From Catajapyx aquilonaris (taxonomy: Eukaryota), in assembly GCA_000934665.2 (NCBI GenBank), contig KZ539001.1, positions 1 to 36,986 on the forward strand: a stretch of 36,986 nucleotides of DNA. Direction: 5' to 3'. The translations under genes were made by a program, and so were the position numbers. A model generated the notes under the pieces. It saw nothing but the letters and a program-made list of their open reading frames with translations. It was not told the DNA's origin and ran no database searches. Shown piece by piece: positions 11,129-22,041 of the stretch. Position 1 is the stretch's first letter. Each line of letters opens with the position of its first letter.

Positions 11129-12048
11129 TCACTTCTCTTTTGTGTGCTGTTTTCTCTCGTGATATTTCAAACCTGCTGAGTGAGCAAACCTTTTACTGCA
11201 AACCTAGCAACTAAATGGCTTCTCCCCTGTGTGAGTTCTCATGTGTCTATTCAAATGCCCTGAACGAGTAAAGTTCTTCTTGCAAACCTGGCAACTGAAT
11301 GGCTTCTCCCCTGTGTGAACCCTCATATGTAGAGTCAAATATCTTGAAACGCTAAACTTTTTCTTGCAAACCTGGCAACTGAATGGCTTCTCTCCTGTGT
11401 GCGTTTTCATGTGGGTATGCAAATTTCCTAACTGTCTAAAGTTCTTCTTGCAAACCTGGCAACTGAATGGCTTCTCCCCTGTGTGAATCCTCATATGGTC
11501 ATTCCGATCTCCTGAATATCTAAACTTTTTCGTGCAAACCTGGCAACTGAATGGCATCTCCCCTGTGTGAACCCTCATATGTATATTGAAAGCGTTTGAC
11601 CTTTAAACTTTTTCGTGCAAACCTGACAACTGAATGGCTCATCCCCTGTGTGAACCCTCATATGTACATTCAAAGAGTTTGACCATCTAAACTTTTTCGT
11701 GCAAACCTGGCAGCTGAATGACTTCTCTCTTGTATGAACCATCATAATATGTTTGTTCAAAATATCTAATCGACTAAACTTTATCTTGCAAACCTCGCAA
11801 CTGAAATATGCCACGTTTCCTGTGTTGGTCGTCGTGTGTTTATTCGAAGATGATGGGTGACTAAACTTACTACTGGAAACCTGGCAGTTGAATGGCTTGT
11901 CGTTGGAATGAATTCTCATGTGACTCTTCAACTCATTCCAAGAACTAAATGTCATCTTGCAAATTTGACAACCATTCTCCCCCAAGTTTCTCCCTCTGTC
12001 CATGTCTTGCTGGATTCCATTCTTCGAGTTCTCTTCAGCACCTTCTCC
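11129..12048 (-). pseudogene. ZF2: terminal exon with 10 C2H2 units, disrupted by a 1-bp deletion and a nonsense codon
   Basis: Acceptor TTTCAG|GGAGAA at 12049; TGEKPF linkers. Frameshift at 11601/11602 (AAA-GG versus AGA TGG in the neighbouring finger). CAG>TAG at 11204-11206 in the last finger. Original TGA at 11129-11131. Unit 2 is degenerate (CQVSS..HTTTN). Confidence 0.85.
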
Positions 12049-12690
12049 CTGAAATTGGTAAGAGCAACCTAATTACGTACATTCGTGATATTAAGGCAGG
12101 TTAATTAAGGGAGAATGCCGGAGCAATTTTTGTGACGGAGTGAGCCAAGGAACGTTATTGTGGCTTTGCCAAGCGCCAACCTAAGCTGCTGCAAGGGCAG
12201 CAAACAAAGCCACTGACAGGGAACTGGTTAACCTATAACGATATGATTAGGTACTAACAAGTGTTTATATTCTTAAACCAGCAGTAAGCATAACAATCAT
12301 GCGCCGCAACAAATCGGAATGTGCAGAGACAAAGGGGCAAACATACTCAAAGCGATTATTCTGCCTGCGCAGTTGTGGTAGCACAATTAGGCTACTGATA
12401 AATACTTACGGGGAGCTATAATTTTTTTAAAAATTGAACTAGGTCATCTGTATCATCGCCATTAAACAAAAACGTTTGGAATGTTATTGTCACCTTTTCT
12501 GAAAACTCGAAAAAAAAATGTATTGCAGAATTCCTAGCTTGATTTTACAAATCAAGAAACTGGTATCTATTATTAGAAACAACTTGAGCTAAAATGAACA
12601 TGCAATGAAATGGAGTCGATGCATAAGCTGGTAAAACTGCTACTTTTTACACGAATTTTTGCATGTGAAGATGTGCACTCTGGTTCTCAC

Positions 12691-12804
12691 CTGGTTTTGC
12701 CTGGCTGTGTCTCCACTTTCATCATCTGCCTCCTCATCCTCCTCCTCCTCCTCCTCCTCCCTGGCTGGACCAGTGTCGTTACCGAGGGGGTAACCACCAC
12801 TCGG
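12691..12804 (-). CDS. ZF2 putative mini-exon 3 (acidic, 38 aa)
   Basis: TTTACAG| acceptor, CAG|GTGAGA donor, phase 0-0; PSGGYPLGNDTGPAREEE...TARQNQ. Confidence 0.55.
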
Positions 12805-12882
12805 CTGTAAAGTGTAAAACTGCTGGTTTTTACCCCACTTTTGGCATGTGAACAGCCATGTCAATATAATGCTGCTCCTCAC

Positions 12883-12978
12883 CTGGTCTTGCATGTCTGT
12901 GTCTCCACTTCCATCGTCTGCCTCCTCATCCCTAGATGGACCAGTATCTTTACCGACGAGGGGGTAATCATCACTCGC
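12883..12978 (-). CDS. ZF2 putative mini-exon 2 (32 aa)
   Basis: TTTACAG| acceptor, CAG|GTGAGG donor, 96 nt; ASDDYPLVGKDTGPSRDEEADDGSGDTDMQDQ. Confidence 0.55.
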
Positions 12979-13067
12979 CTGTAAAGTGTAAAACCGCTGG
13001 TTGTTATACCACTTTTGGCATGCGAACAGTCGGGTCAAAATAATGTTGCCTCCTGGCTGCCTCTCAC

Positions 13068-13316
13068 CTGGTTTTGACTGCCTGTGTCTCCACTTCCATC
13101 GTCTGCCTCCTCCTCCTCCTCCTCCCATTCTGGACCAGTGTCATTACCGAGGCGGTAATCATCACTCGGCTGTAAAGTGTGCACTGGGGTTACACATTCC
13201 AGGGGTACCAGGCAGTACGTAGGGGGTACCAGGGGATGCCATGTTGCACCACTAGGGAGTACCAGTGCCGGTGTAAGCTGATGAAGGACAGGAGGGGTGA
13301 CCCCCTCGTCGGTCAT
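13068..13316 (-). CDS. ZF2 first coding exon (83 aa)
   Basis: ATG at 13316 (MTDEGVTPP...), in-frame TAG upstream at 13377-13379, donor CAG|GTGAGA at 13067. Confidence 0.6.
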
Positions 13317-14212
13317 TCCGTTCCTGTCCAGAGTTGCTCTGCTCCTATTCCCCCACTTCAACCAGTCTGCTGACCTCTAGGGCACCCCCTCGTCTTCTTC
13401 CCAAACATCCGTTGTCCTCCTCTGGCTCCGCCTCGACCTCTTCCCCACCTGGACTGTGTGGTGTGTGCCAGAAACGTGCAGATGAAGCTTCTTGTTGATT
13501 AACTCTTCTCCGAGCAGTGGTCGCACCTTACACTGGCTGACCCTCTAGATATGCACTTTTTGTGATGCCTGCTTCGACTGGGCCCTTTACCTCTTCCGTC
13601 TTCCGTTTTCCGGTGGTGATAGGGATACCGCGGGCTGGGCAAAGCCCCTCCCTCCCTCCTTTCCACCTCCAAAAAAAGAGAATAAGGTAGGCCTGTCCCC
13701 CATTTTCCAAAAGCCGGCTCCACATTACTTTTACAACTGGATTCCCCTCTATGGGGCTTTTAAAAAATGACGATAATTCGTCGCATAAATATTTAGGACG
13801 CTTTTGGCGCAAAATGTGCGTCGGTGCATGCGAATATGCGTCGGTTGGGTCTACTGCCTTCTTCCCTGGGTTGGGCGGGAAATTCCTGTGTGCCAAGAAT
13901 AAAACGGGAAAAAGCTCCAAGGCAGGTGGAAGGGGAAGAATAAGTAGTCTAATACACGCCCTCTCCGTGCCCTTTCTTCCGTGCTGTTGTCAGATGTAGT
14001 CTGTATGCCTGGGGAAATAATTATTGTGCATTTTATGTGATACCAACATGCCGCTTTGCACGATTGTTGTATACACCTTACTAGTTGATTTAAGCGTGGG
14101 AGTCACTCGGGATTGAACCTGGTTTAACCTGGACGGGCGTTCAAAGTTGGCCAAGTTAAAAGACTGTTTTGGCCATAAAGCGGGTACAAATCGACCTATT
14201 TCGACAGTTTCG

Positions 14213-15566
14213 TAGTGATGGGTACACTTGTAAATATATCGATAAAGAGAAGAATCGATATCCAAGAAACCGATATATTAAAAATCGATTTATCGGTTGT
14301 AATTACTCGATAAATCGATATAAATCGATTTTGGCTATTATTTGTGTTTCTGTTGCAAAACAGCTGCTCTAAACAGAAGTAATGGGTTCTGGGTAATGTG
14401 GAATAGTATTCCACATTACCCTCATTGTTGTAGTAAACTTACATGGCCAATCACAGAATCATGGACACACAGTAGCCTATATAGACTAGACATAGTAGTC
14501 AAACTAGTTAAATTAGACTGTCTGAAATACATAACACTATTGACTGACAGGTAACGGCTAAATAAGACATGCCGAAGAAAGGATGCAAAGAGAAACGATG
14601 TGATCCAGATGATAATGTATCAAGCACTTGAGGCTGTGCGAGAAAAGAGATGGGCTATTTATACTTGCAAGTTGCAGCTAAAACAATACCACGTTCCCAG
14701 AACAACTTTATTCCGCCTTTTGAAGAAACACGCTCCACTCTGCCTGATGCAGAAGTTGCAAGGTTGCCATTGGGAATACTGCATTCCACATTACCCATAT
14801 TCCACATTATCCTCACAGTTTTCATACTTGGGGAATTTGCAACTTGCCACTTTGTAAAAATGACTTAAAAGCCTAATCAAAGTAGGGCCTACAAATATGA
14901 AACTTAACACAATTGCCAGGTATATGTTCCAAGGTTCTTCTGCTAAATTGGCAAACAAATAGCACTGTACCTAAACCAGTTATTAGCCAGCAAAACAGAG
15001 TTGGAATTTCACATTAGCCTGATTACTCTTACTCTATTAAAAATCAGCTCCGCCCAAAATAAGCAATTTTAAGGCCCTCTCGGGGCAAAGCCGGTTCCTC
15101 TTTTCAGTAATAAGATTTCCTGCCATGGAAAACAATAGTTCTGAAGGCATAAAAGTAGTTGTGATGCCTAAGTATTTCAGGGCAAGTTTGTAGAGTCCAG
15201 TGTAAACAGCCCGCAGCTCTTCCCACACTTGGAGTGGATTTTCTTTCCTGGTCAGCAGCTGACCATGCACTGGTGACCTCAGGTAGGCCTACTGCTTCAG
15301 GTTTTCACGCTGATTCCGAATATGAAGTCAGAATTAGTCCATCCCCCCTTCTGCCTTCACATTGGGAATCAACGTGAAAAGTTCTTTTCAGTAGAAACAC
15401 CCTCTCCCTTCCACAGGGCAGAAAAAAGTTTGAAAACACGAAATATCGGATGTAAATATCGTTTTGAACAAATCGATTAGAAGCGATTTTATCGGTTGGA
15501 GCAAAAATCGATAAAATCGAATAATCGGTTCGTAATAAATCGATATATCGATTTAACCGATACGAT
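14213..15566 (-). mobile_element. Defective hAT transposon with C-terminal dimerisation-domain remnant (15037-15270)
   Basis: TAGTGATGGG terminus; ATCGAT-rich subterminal blocks at 14235-14330 and 15440-15566. Peptide NPLQVWEE..YTGLYKLALKYLGI..PSELLFSMAGNLITEKRNRLCP matches the hAT dimerisation consensus. Confidence 0.85.
14569..14730 (+). pseudogene. Frameshifted Pipsqueak-type HTH of a pogo/Tigger-like transposase, nested in the hAT remnant
   Basis: Joined frames read MPKKG...MYQALEAVREK/MGYL..AAK/QYHVPRTTLFRLLKK. Flanked by GGGTAATGTGGAAT / ATTCCACATTACCC motifs (14391-14421, 14782-14812). Confidence 0.7.
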
Positions 15567-15570
15567 ATAT

Positions 15571-16958
15571 GAGGAGCTTGCCAGCAAAACCAGTTCAATC
15601 CACAATTTGCAATTTTTCAGGAGGAGCCAATAAGTGATTACTCAATGCTGGTGGCAAAAGTGGCAGTGAAGTTGTCATGGGAAGTATGCTATAGGGGTTG
15701 CCATTATGTAGACACAATTGTTTTACTTCAATGTATGGTGATTGTTGAGGTAGGGCATTGTTAAAAATGGATAGAACTGGTTTTGTGTGCAAATCATGGA
15801 TAGAGCTGATTGTGCATGAAAATCATGGCATTATCTTTATTTTTCACAAATATACAATGAAAGTAATTGACAAAGGAACCTAAATTGATACTCCCACATC
15901 GAAATTGGTCAATGTCACTCCCTAGAAGTTCACAGCACTGGTACACAGTGTTCGCCGCACCTGCTAGGTGGTCTCAGGTCACCTTTTTTGGGCTGGGAAG
16001 CTGTGGGTCGACTGCGTATCTGGCCTTCTTCTTTTTCCGCTCATCACTGGCCCACCGTTGTTGTCGTTTTCTAGTCCCCTTATTTGCATCAGCAACAGCA
16101 ATTGTGCCTTCTAAACCGTCCGCATCCCCTGCACCCTCCTCCGGTATCCCTTAACTACGTAGGTGGGTGAAACACCTTTAACTACGTAGGTGGAGCCTCA
16201 GAGGCTCCAACGGTATATTTAAATTTCTGCTTATGGACTAAATTGTTATATTGGACTTTTCACATACAGAAAGTGCAGTTCAGATCATTAGGCTTCCGAA
16301 AACGTAAAAATCACATGCTGAGTCAGCATATTCCGACAGGGAAAAATTCTTAATTAAATGGTTACATCATGTGTTTGAGCCGCTCAGGCTTCACCTGAGA
16401 TATAGAGACTGAGCGGTTCCAGGAGGGACCTGTTCCTCGTTACGAATTTTTTAAAACCAAAGAATAGGGACTAAAAATTTTTTTCTTTCCTTTTCATGCT
16501 TAGGAAGGTTTTTCTGACAAAGTCACGGAAGGACAGAGGAAAATAAAATTCATTGAAAAAGTTACATGCGTTTAAATAGTGCTTGGAGCCTCTCAGGCTC
16601 CACCTACGTAGTTAAGGGGTATGGGGCCCGCCATCTTTGCAGAGTGGGAAACAGATGACTATCGGGGGAGTATCGTTCCGATACTCCCCCGATAATATCG
16701 ATATTATCCATATATCTCTCTTCAAGACCGCTATCTGATTGGTTGCTGGATTGAACTGCTTTTGCTTGGCAACCACCTTCGGATAGAGCTGGGTCTGCTT
16801 GAAAGGGCAATTTTCCCATGGCTCGCATTCGGTGGAAATGTCTGGTTTCACTTGCAACTTCATGTCAATAGAAAGGCATTGCCTGGAACATGCCTCCAGC
16901 GTGTCCAGATTATTTTCGACCCGGAGTGGATTGAACTGGTTTTGCTGGCAAGCTCCTC
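15571..16958. mobile_element. Non-autonomous TIR element, possibly Sola-like
   Basis: Perfect 33-bp TIR GAGGAGCTTGCCAGCAAAACCAGTTCAATCCAC with ATAT on both flanks. Superfamily inferred only from the GAG terminus and 4-bp TSD. Confidence 0.75.
16148..16618. mobile_element. piggyBac-like MITE nested in the 15571-16958 element
   Basis: TIR CCCTTAACTACGTAGGTGG / CCACCTACGTAGTTAAGGG; GTAT on both flanks (16144-16147, 16619-16622). Left TIR partly duplicated. Confidence 0.7.
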
Positions 16959-17815
16959 ATATGCTAGTCGAAACACTTTTTTCCGACTAAAGCAGTGGTT
17001 CCCAGTGGGCGTGAGAGGATTTCACGTGAGGCCATGAGAAATAAGTAAAATAATGTAACATGCTTGCACTTCGCGCTGCTGGAACTATAAATGGACCGAC
17101 TTTTCTACTTGCTTATATCCGACGTGCTTACAGTATAGGAGGATTCCACTGTACTTCGTCAGTTACATTCACCTGAACTTGTGTGACCTTTCAACCCGCA
17201 AATCCGCAAACCGCAAAATCAGCAAAGTCTTCACTGCAACTTTTTGGACAATAGTAAAGTTCCACCATAAAATCCTCTGAATTGCAGACTCAAGTGAAAG
17301 AAATGAAAAGCTTGATTCGACATAAAATTTTTACTGTGAAATGGAAAATAATTTGACTTAATCTAGTAAGTGGAAGTGCAGAAGTGTTGGTATTGCTCCA
17401 AATTAGAATTCCTCCAATATTACGCTATTTCATTCTCCAATAAAAATGATATGTTTGAATTTCAAATTGGCTTTCAGAAGATTTCTAAGCTGTTTTGACT
17501 GAAAATGTTGGCCAAGAAAAGTAATATTAAAAAGTGCCACAAAATGACTTCTTTTTAAGACAAAACTATATGATGATTCCAAAAGACAAAATTCAAGTGT
17601 TGCATTTAGACCATCTGGAATAAATGGAACTGACCAACCCCTATGATAAAGCGTGTTGTTGGAATTGTGACATAATTCCAACACTTCTTGCTGCAAAAAT
17701 ACATTTAAATTTTTTTGATATTTTCTTATTTGCATAAAATAAATGTAAATTTGAAAAGAGAGAAACTTCTCCCTATAGTGATGTAATTTTTAGATTCCGT
17801 TTTATGCAGTATTGT

Positions 17816-17866
17816 TATTTATTTTTTATGATGATGATGATGGTGATGATGATGATGATGATGATG

Positions 17867-17919
<53 letters not shown>

Positions 17920-18171
17920 CATTATTATCATACCCCGTGCTAGAGCCTTTGGCTCCATTAGGGGGGTGGACCACCATTGGATGGGACCAGGGATAGGGAA
18001 GGAAGGAAGTTGCTGTGGCCTATTTTTACGGAAACGACCTCGGAATTGTCCTGGAGGGGACCATGGAAAACCACAGAAAACCATGGTCAGGGTCGCCGGC
18101 CCCGGGATTCGAACCCAGGACCTCCCGATTAGCAGGCGGGCTCCTTATCCCCTACACCAACCTGCTTCGGT
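17816..18171 (-). mobile_element. tRNA-derived SINE family A, copy 3, with expanded (ATA)n/(ATC)n tail
   Basis: Reverse complement of the family A head and CTAGCACGGGGTAT end. TSD TTTATGCAGTATTGT (17801-17815 / 18172-18186). Shorter internally than copy 2. Confidence 0.88.
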
Positions 18172-18213
18172 TTTATGCAGTATTGTGTGTTGTGTATAAT
18201 AATACTTCGATAC

Positions 18214-18370
18214 GGGGAGGTGTGGTGGCCGAGTTGGTAACGTCTCGGCTTGCTGAGTGGAAGGTCCCAGGTTCGATCCCCGCCTGGGAGTTCCCTTCCA
18301 CCTGCGTCGGGAGGGTCTCTGACCTGCACCTTGGAGGTGTCTGCCAACCTAACCTATTCAGAATACTGCT
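18214..18370 (+). mobile_element. tRNA-derived SINE-like fragment, family C
   Basis: Box A TGGCCGAGTTGG and box B GGTTCGATCCC at tRNA spacing. No convincing acceptor stem; 3' boundary uncertain. Confidence 0.6.
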
Positions 18371-18649
18371 GTAACTATCATACGCGTATAAGTATAATGT
18401 CCATTACAAAAAGCTATTGAACAAAGTATATTAGAGAGAGGTCTTCAGGCTGACTTTGTTGGCTTGGTTAGTAAATATTTCCTAGTAAGAGAAATGCTCA
18501 TTTTTGTGAATAACCAAGGTGAGATAATGATGATTGTCAACTCCGCCAGGAGAGCTTTTCCTTCATACAGTGTTATATTCCGGAATGTGTTTTGGTTGGG
18601 CCGAGGTGTACGCTCAACGCTCCACATGTTATAGCTCAGACCAGCCCCC

Positions 18650-18930
18650 GGACACTTATAGTCTTATACTACGTTCTGGTGTTATCACCTGCCGAGGAAT
18701 TTTGCAGCGGGTGCTCACCTGAGAGCGCCATGAGACATTTAGGGGGCCACAGTAAGTGGCGACCCTACCGGACTAGGCTGAACTTTATAGGTACGAAAGG
18801 GGAGGGCTACATGCTGGCCTAAAGTTCCTAAAGTTCAGCCTAGTCCGGTAGGGTCGCCACTTACTGTGGCCCCCTAAATGTCTCATGGCGCTCTCAGGTG
18901 AGCACCCGCTGCAAAACGCCCCGGCAGGAG
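18650..18930. repeat. Foldback repeat with perfect 88-bp arms
   Basis: 18700-18787 is the exact reverse complement of 18829-18916. Related copy at 26030-26250. Confidence 0.9.
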
Positions 18931-19890
18931 GTGGGTGGGAGTGACCAGACCTTACTTATATGACCGTGGCTCAGGCAAATTTTCTTAAACGCCACGTGGT
19001 GGAGAGAAAATGAATTAAGGGACGAAGGAGCTAATTCCTGGTCACGAATACTTATTCATATGAATGACAAAGGTGAGAAAAAGATGGCGACTCTGCAAGA
19101 ATTATTTTTATTAATATATTCTGGAATTGCTTTTGGTCGGGGCGAGGTGTACGCCTCACATGATGTTGCAAAAAGACTGGTTGGGCGTGGTTTAATTAAA
19201 TGGTATGAGTAAGAATACTACACTTACGTATTATTACTTGACACTTGTCCAAGTTGACAGAGATTAGCGATCGTAACATCCTAGAAGAAAATAATAATCA
19301 CCAAGTCTCTAGAAGACGTGTCTATTTTTTGCGAGAGCTTAAAATTTGCTTTAATGCTTTGGTCTGTTGGTATCTTGATTTCTACCTAAACGGATATTGC
19401 ATAATATTCATTACACAGGCTCTAGAGGTGAAAAGTTTACAAAACAGTTTCAAGCAAACATAACATTGCACAAATAATCAAGTCCTTGTATTACTGGGAA
19501 ACGCAGACCTTTCCGTGTACTTAGCTATACTGGACAGGTTATGACTGTTAAGTGTACATAACAGTTCGTAAAAGATCGTGTGAATATACTTTGCTGATTC
19601 ACTATTCCAAAATATCTCTTGTAATCGGAAATATAAATTACACTTATACATCATATTTCGACATTATGGCCCATTTAGCACTGCTGTATTTTGTGCATAA
19701 ATTGCCTTATTCCTCAGACATAGCCATAGACACCCAGTTTCTAAGCCTTACCCAAGATCCAGGAAGTTATCTTCTCATGCAGCTTTGTCTGACTGGGAAT
19801 CTGGACATTTTCCCAGTCACCCATGGGTCGGTAGAATCAATATTTCGGGGGGTTATGCCGTCTAATCATAATGTTTGAGGAAATGGCCCT

Positions 19891-20910
19891 GCCGAGCTAT
19901 GTGACGGTTTTGTTTCCTTCTTCCTGTGGCTCTCCGGAAATATGCCTTGCTGATCAAAAATCCATGGCAGTTCATTCGCACCATTAATAATTCTTTGTTT
20001 CATGTGACAGAGTACATTTCTGTGTATGTGCGGTACATTTATGTAGATCTATAAAAATGCCCCCAACGCAACGTATAGTATTGTAAAAAAAACTGAATTG
20101 ACAATTGTGGGGGTTATCTAGGTACCTACTATACAAGAGAAAATGGGATTAATAATTAGTTACTGTCCAGTGAAGGCACCACTGAACATGAAGTCACAGA
20201 TGCACAATTTTAATCCACATAACATGTTGAGTACAAATATCATGATTAAATGTCAAAAACAACTCACAGTTAAAATATTAAAATAAATTGAAAATTTTAT
20301 TCAAATCACTTAGTCTTCCGAGTGCAAGAAAGTACGAGTAATACATGCGTTTCTAGTGCGGATCAGATATTTTTACAGTACCCTGTCAATCTCCCATACT
20401 ATCAGCTACACAATGTATTGTGCAGATCCAATACCAGACTACACCCACTACAGTCAGTTAATCATTCAACATGTTATTGCTCAACCCTCAACTCCTTGCG
20501 TATTTTTTATTTCCCTTCCCCACATCTTACAGAGTTACAGCACTCTCCACATCCTGCCACATATTATGAACTACTCCGCAAGAATAGTGCACACTACGTT
20601 CTTTACGTCTAAACTGTTCTGTATAAACGTAAAAGGTCATAATCTATTTTGCCCATAATGCAATATTATTTCAAATATTAGCCAGCAAGATATTCGACCA
20701 GTGGCAGGATTGGGTCATGTTGTGTTACCGAGTTACTAGATGAGTATCCGTGAGTATCATTGTACCCACTGCACCTGTCATGGTCTGTTAAGATAACTTG
20801 ACTAATGTAAATGGGGTTTAAAACATCGGAATCACTTCTTTCTTGTGTGGATTTTCTCATGCGTTTTCAAACCTCCCGAGTGAGCAAACATTTTAGTGCA
20901 AATATGGCAA
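19891..20910. repeat. Segmental duplicate of 27143-28155 (last finger + ~0.95 kb 3' flank of ZF3 and ZF4)
   Basis: Long near-identical stretches, e.g. GAACATGAAGTCACAGATGCACAA...CACATAACATGTTGAGTACAAATATCA. A more diverged version lies near 9600-9870. Confidence 0.9.
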
Positions 20911-21407
20911 CGGAAACGCTTTTCCCCTGTGTGAACCCTCATATGTACATTCAAACATCTTGAAGAGCCAAACTTTTTCTTACAAACCTGGCAACTGAAT
21001 GGCTTCTCTTCTGTGTGAGTTATCATGTGGGTATTCAAATTTCCTAACTGTCTAAAGTTCTTCTTGCAAACCTGGCAACTGAATGGCTTCTCTCCTGTGT
21101 GAACCCTCATATGTATATTCAAACATTTTGAGTAGCTAAACCTTTTCGTGCAAACCTGGCAACTGAATGGCTTCTCTCCTGTGTGAGTTATCATGTGGGT
21201 ATTCAAATTTCCTAACCGTCTAAAGTTCCACTTGCAAACCTGGCAGCTGAATGGCTTGTCTGCGGAATGGACTCTCATGTGACTCTTCAACCCATTCCAA
21301 GAACTAAATGTCCTCTTGCATATTTGACAACCATTCCTCTCCAAGGGTTTCCCTTTGTCCATGTCTTGCTGGATTCCATTCTTGTTGTTCTTTTCAGCAC
21401 CTTCTCC
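20832..21407 (-). CDS. ZF3 terminal exon, six intact C2H2 fingers
   Basis: Acceptor TTTCAG|GGAGAA at 21408; open frame with 6 CxxC-x12-HxxxH units and TGEKPF-type linkers; TGA at 20832. Confidence 0.9.
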   Translation of the reverse strand, partial: GEGAEKNNKNGIQQDMDKGKPLERNGCQICKRTFSSWNGLKSHMRVHSADKPFSCQVCKWNFRRLGNLNTHMITHTGEKPFSCQVCTKRFSYSKCLNIHMRVHTGEKPFSCQVCKKNFRQLGNLNTHMITHTEEKPFSCQVCKKKFGSSRCLNVHMRVHTGEKRFRCHICTKMFAHSGGLKTHEKIHTRKK

Positions 21408-21539
21408 CTGAAATTGGCATGAATGAACTCTTTGAATTCATGATATTAATGCAGGTTTAATATAATAGAAAATGTTGGGGCTATTTCTGCTGGGGTATAT
21501 GCGACAGGGAGTGTGAGCCAACGAACAGTAACAGTTGCC

Positions 21540-21600
21540 TAGGCGTTTCTCAACCGGGGTTCCGCGAGCAATCGCCACGGGTTCCGCGAGAAATTATGAC
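21540..21600 (+). mobile_element. hAT (Charlie/Buster-like) terminal fragment in ZF3 intron
   Basis: TAGGCGTTTCTCAACCGGGGTTCCGCGAG with repeated GGGTTCCGCGAG. Other end not found. Confidence 0.4.
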
Positions 21601-22041
21601 AAATAGGCTAATACTATCGCGAGTAATATCGTGTAAAGGTATTTTTGAGTCATAAATTGATATATTTTTTGTACATGGGTTGGACAAAATAATGGGGATC
21701 CTTGTGAAAAGCGATTGAAAGTTCGCGTCGGTTTTATTCGAAAACTGTGAATGTTACAAAGGCATCTTTTAGGGAGTTTTGAAGCTCTGCCGACGAACAT
21801 TTGTCAAGGTATGCAGATGGCGAAAAAATGATGAGATGAAGGGGGAAACCGAAGTCAAACGACACCTTCTCATCCACAATTTTCGACCGGTGTCCCACCC
21901 TATTCATTTGAAAAAGAAAAGAGTTGCAGATATGAACATTACTGTGTTTTTAAGGTCTATCAATGTCACTTTGTGGGGTATACAGATGGCCCAAAAAGGT
22001 ACGAGAGAGGGTGAGGAAAATAGAGCACTAAATCTGACAAG

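Noticed and set aside
11857..12810. Plus-strand ORFs duplicated at 35401 and 36092
   Set aside because: They are antisense shadows of the recently duplicated ZF2/ZF5 sequence.
12691..13140. CRISPR-like repeat-spacer array
   Set aside because: The units are ~175-190-bp duplicated exon/intron pieces with homologous spacers, in a eukaryotic context with no cas genes.
17804..18374. Poly-Met/Ile ORFs and similar ORFs at 1474-2049, 4905-5435 and 8885-9367
   Set aside because: They are translations of microsatellites and SINE sequence.
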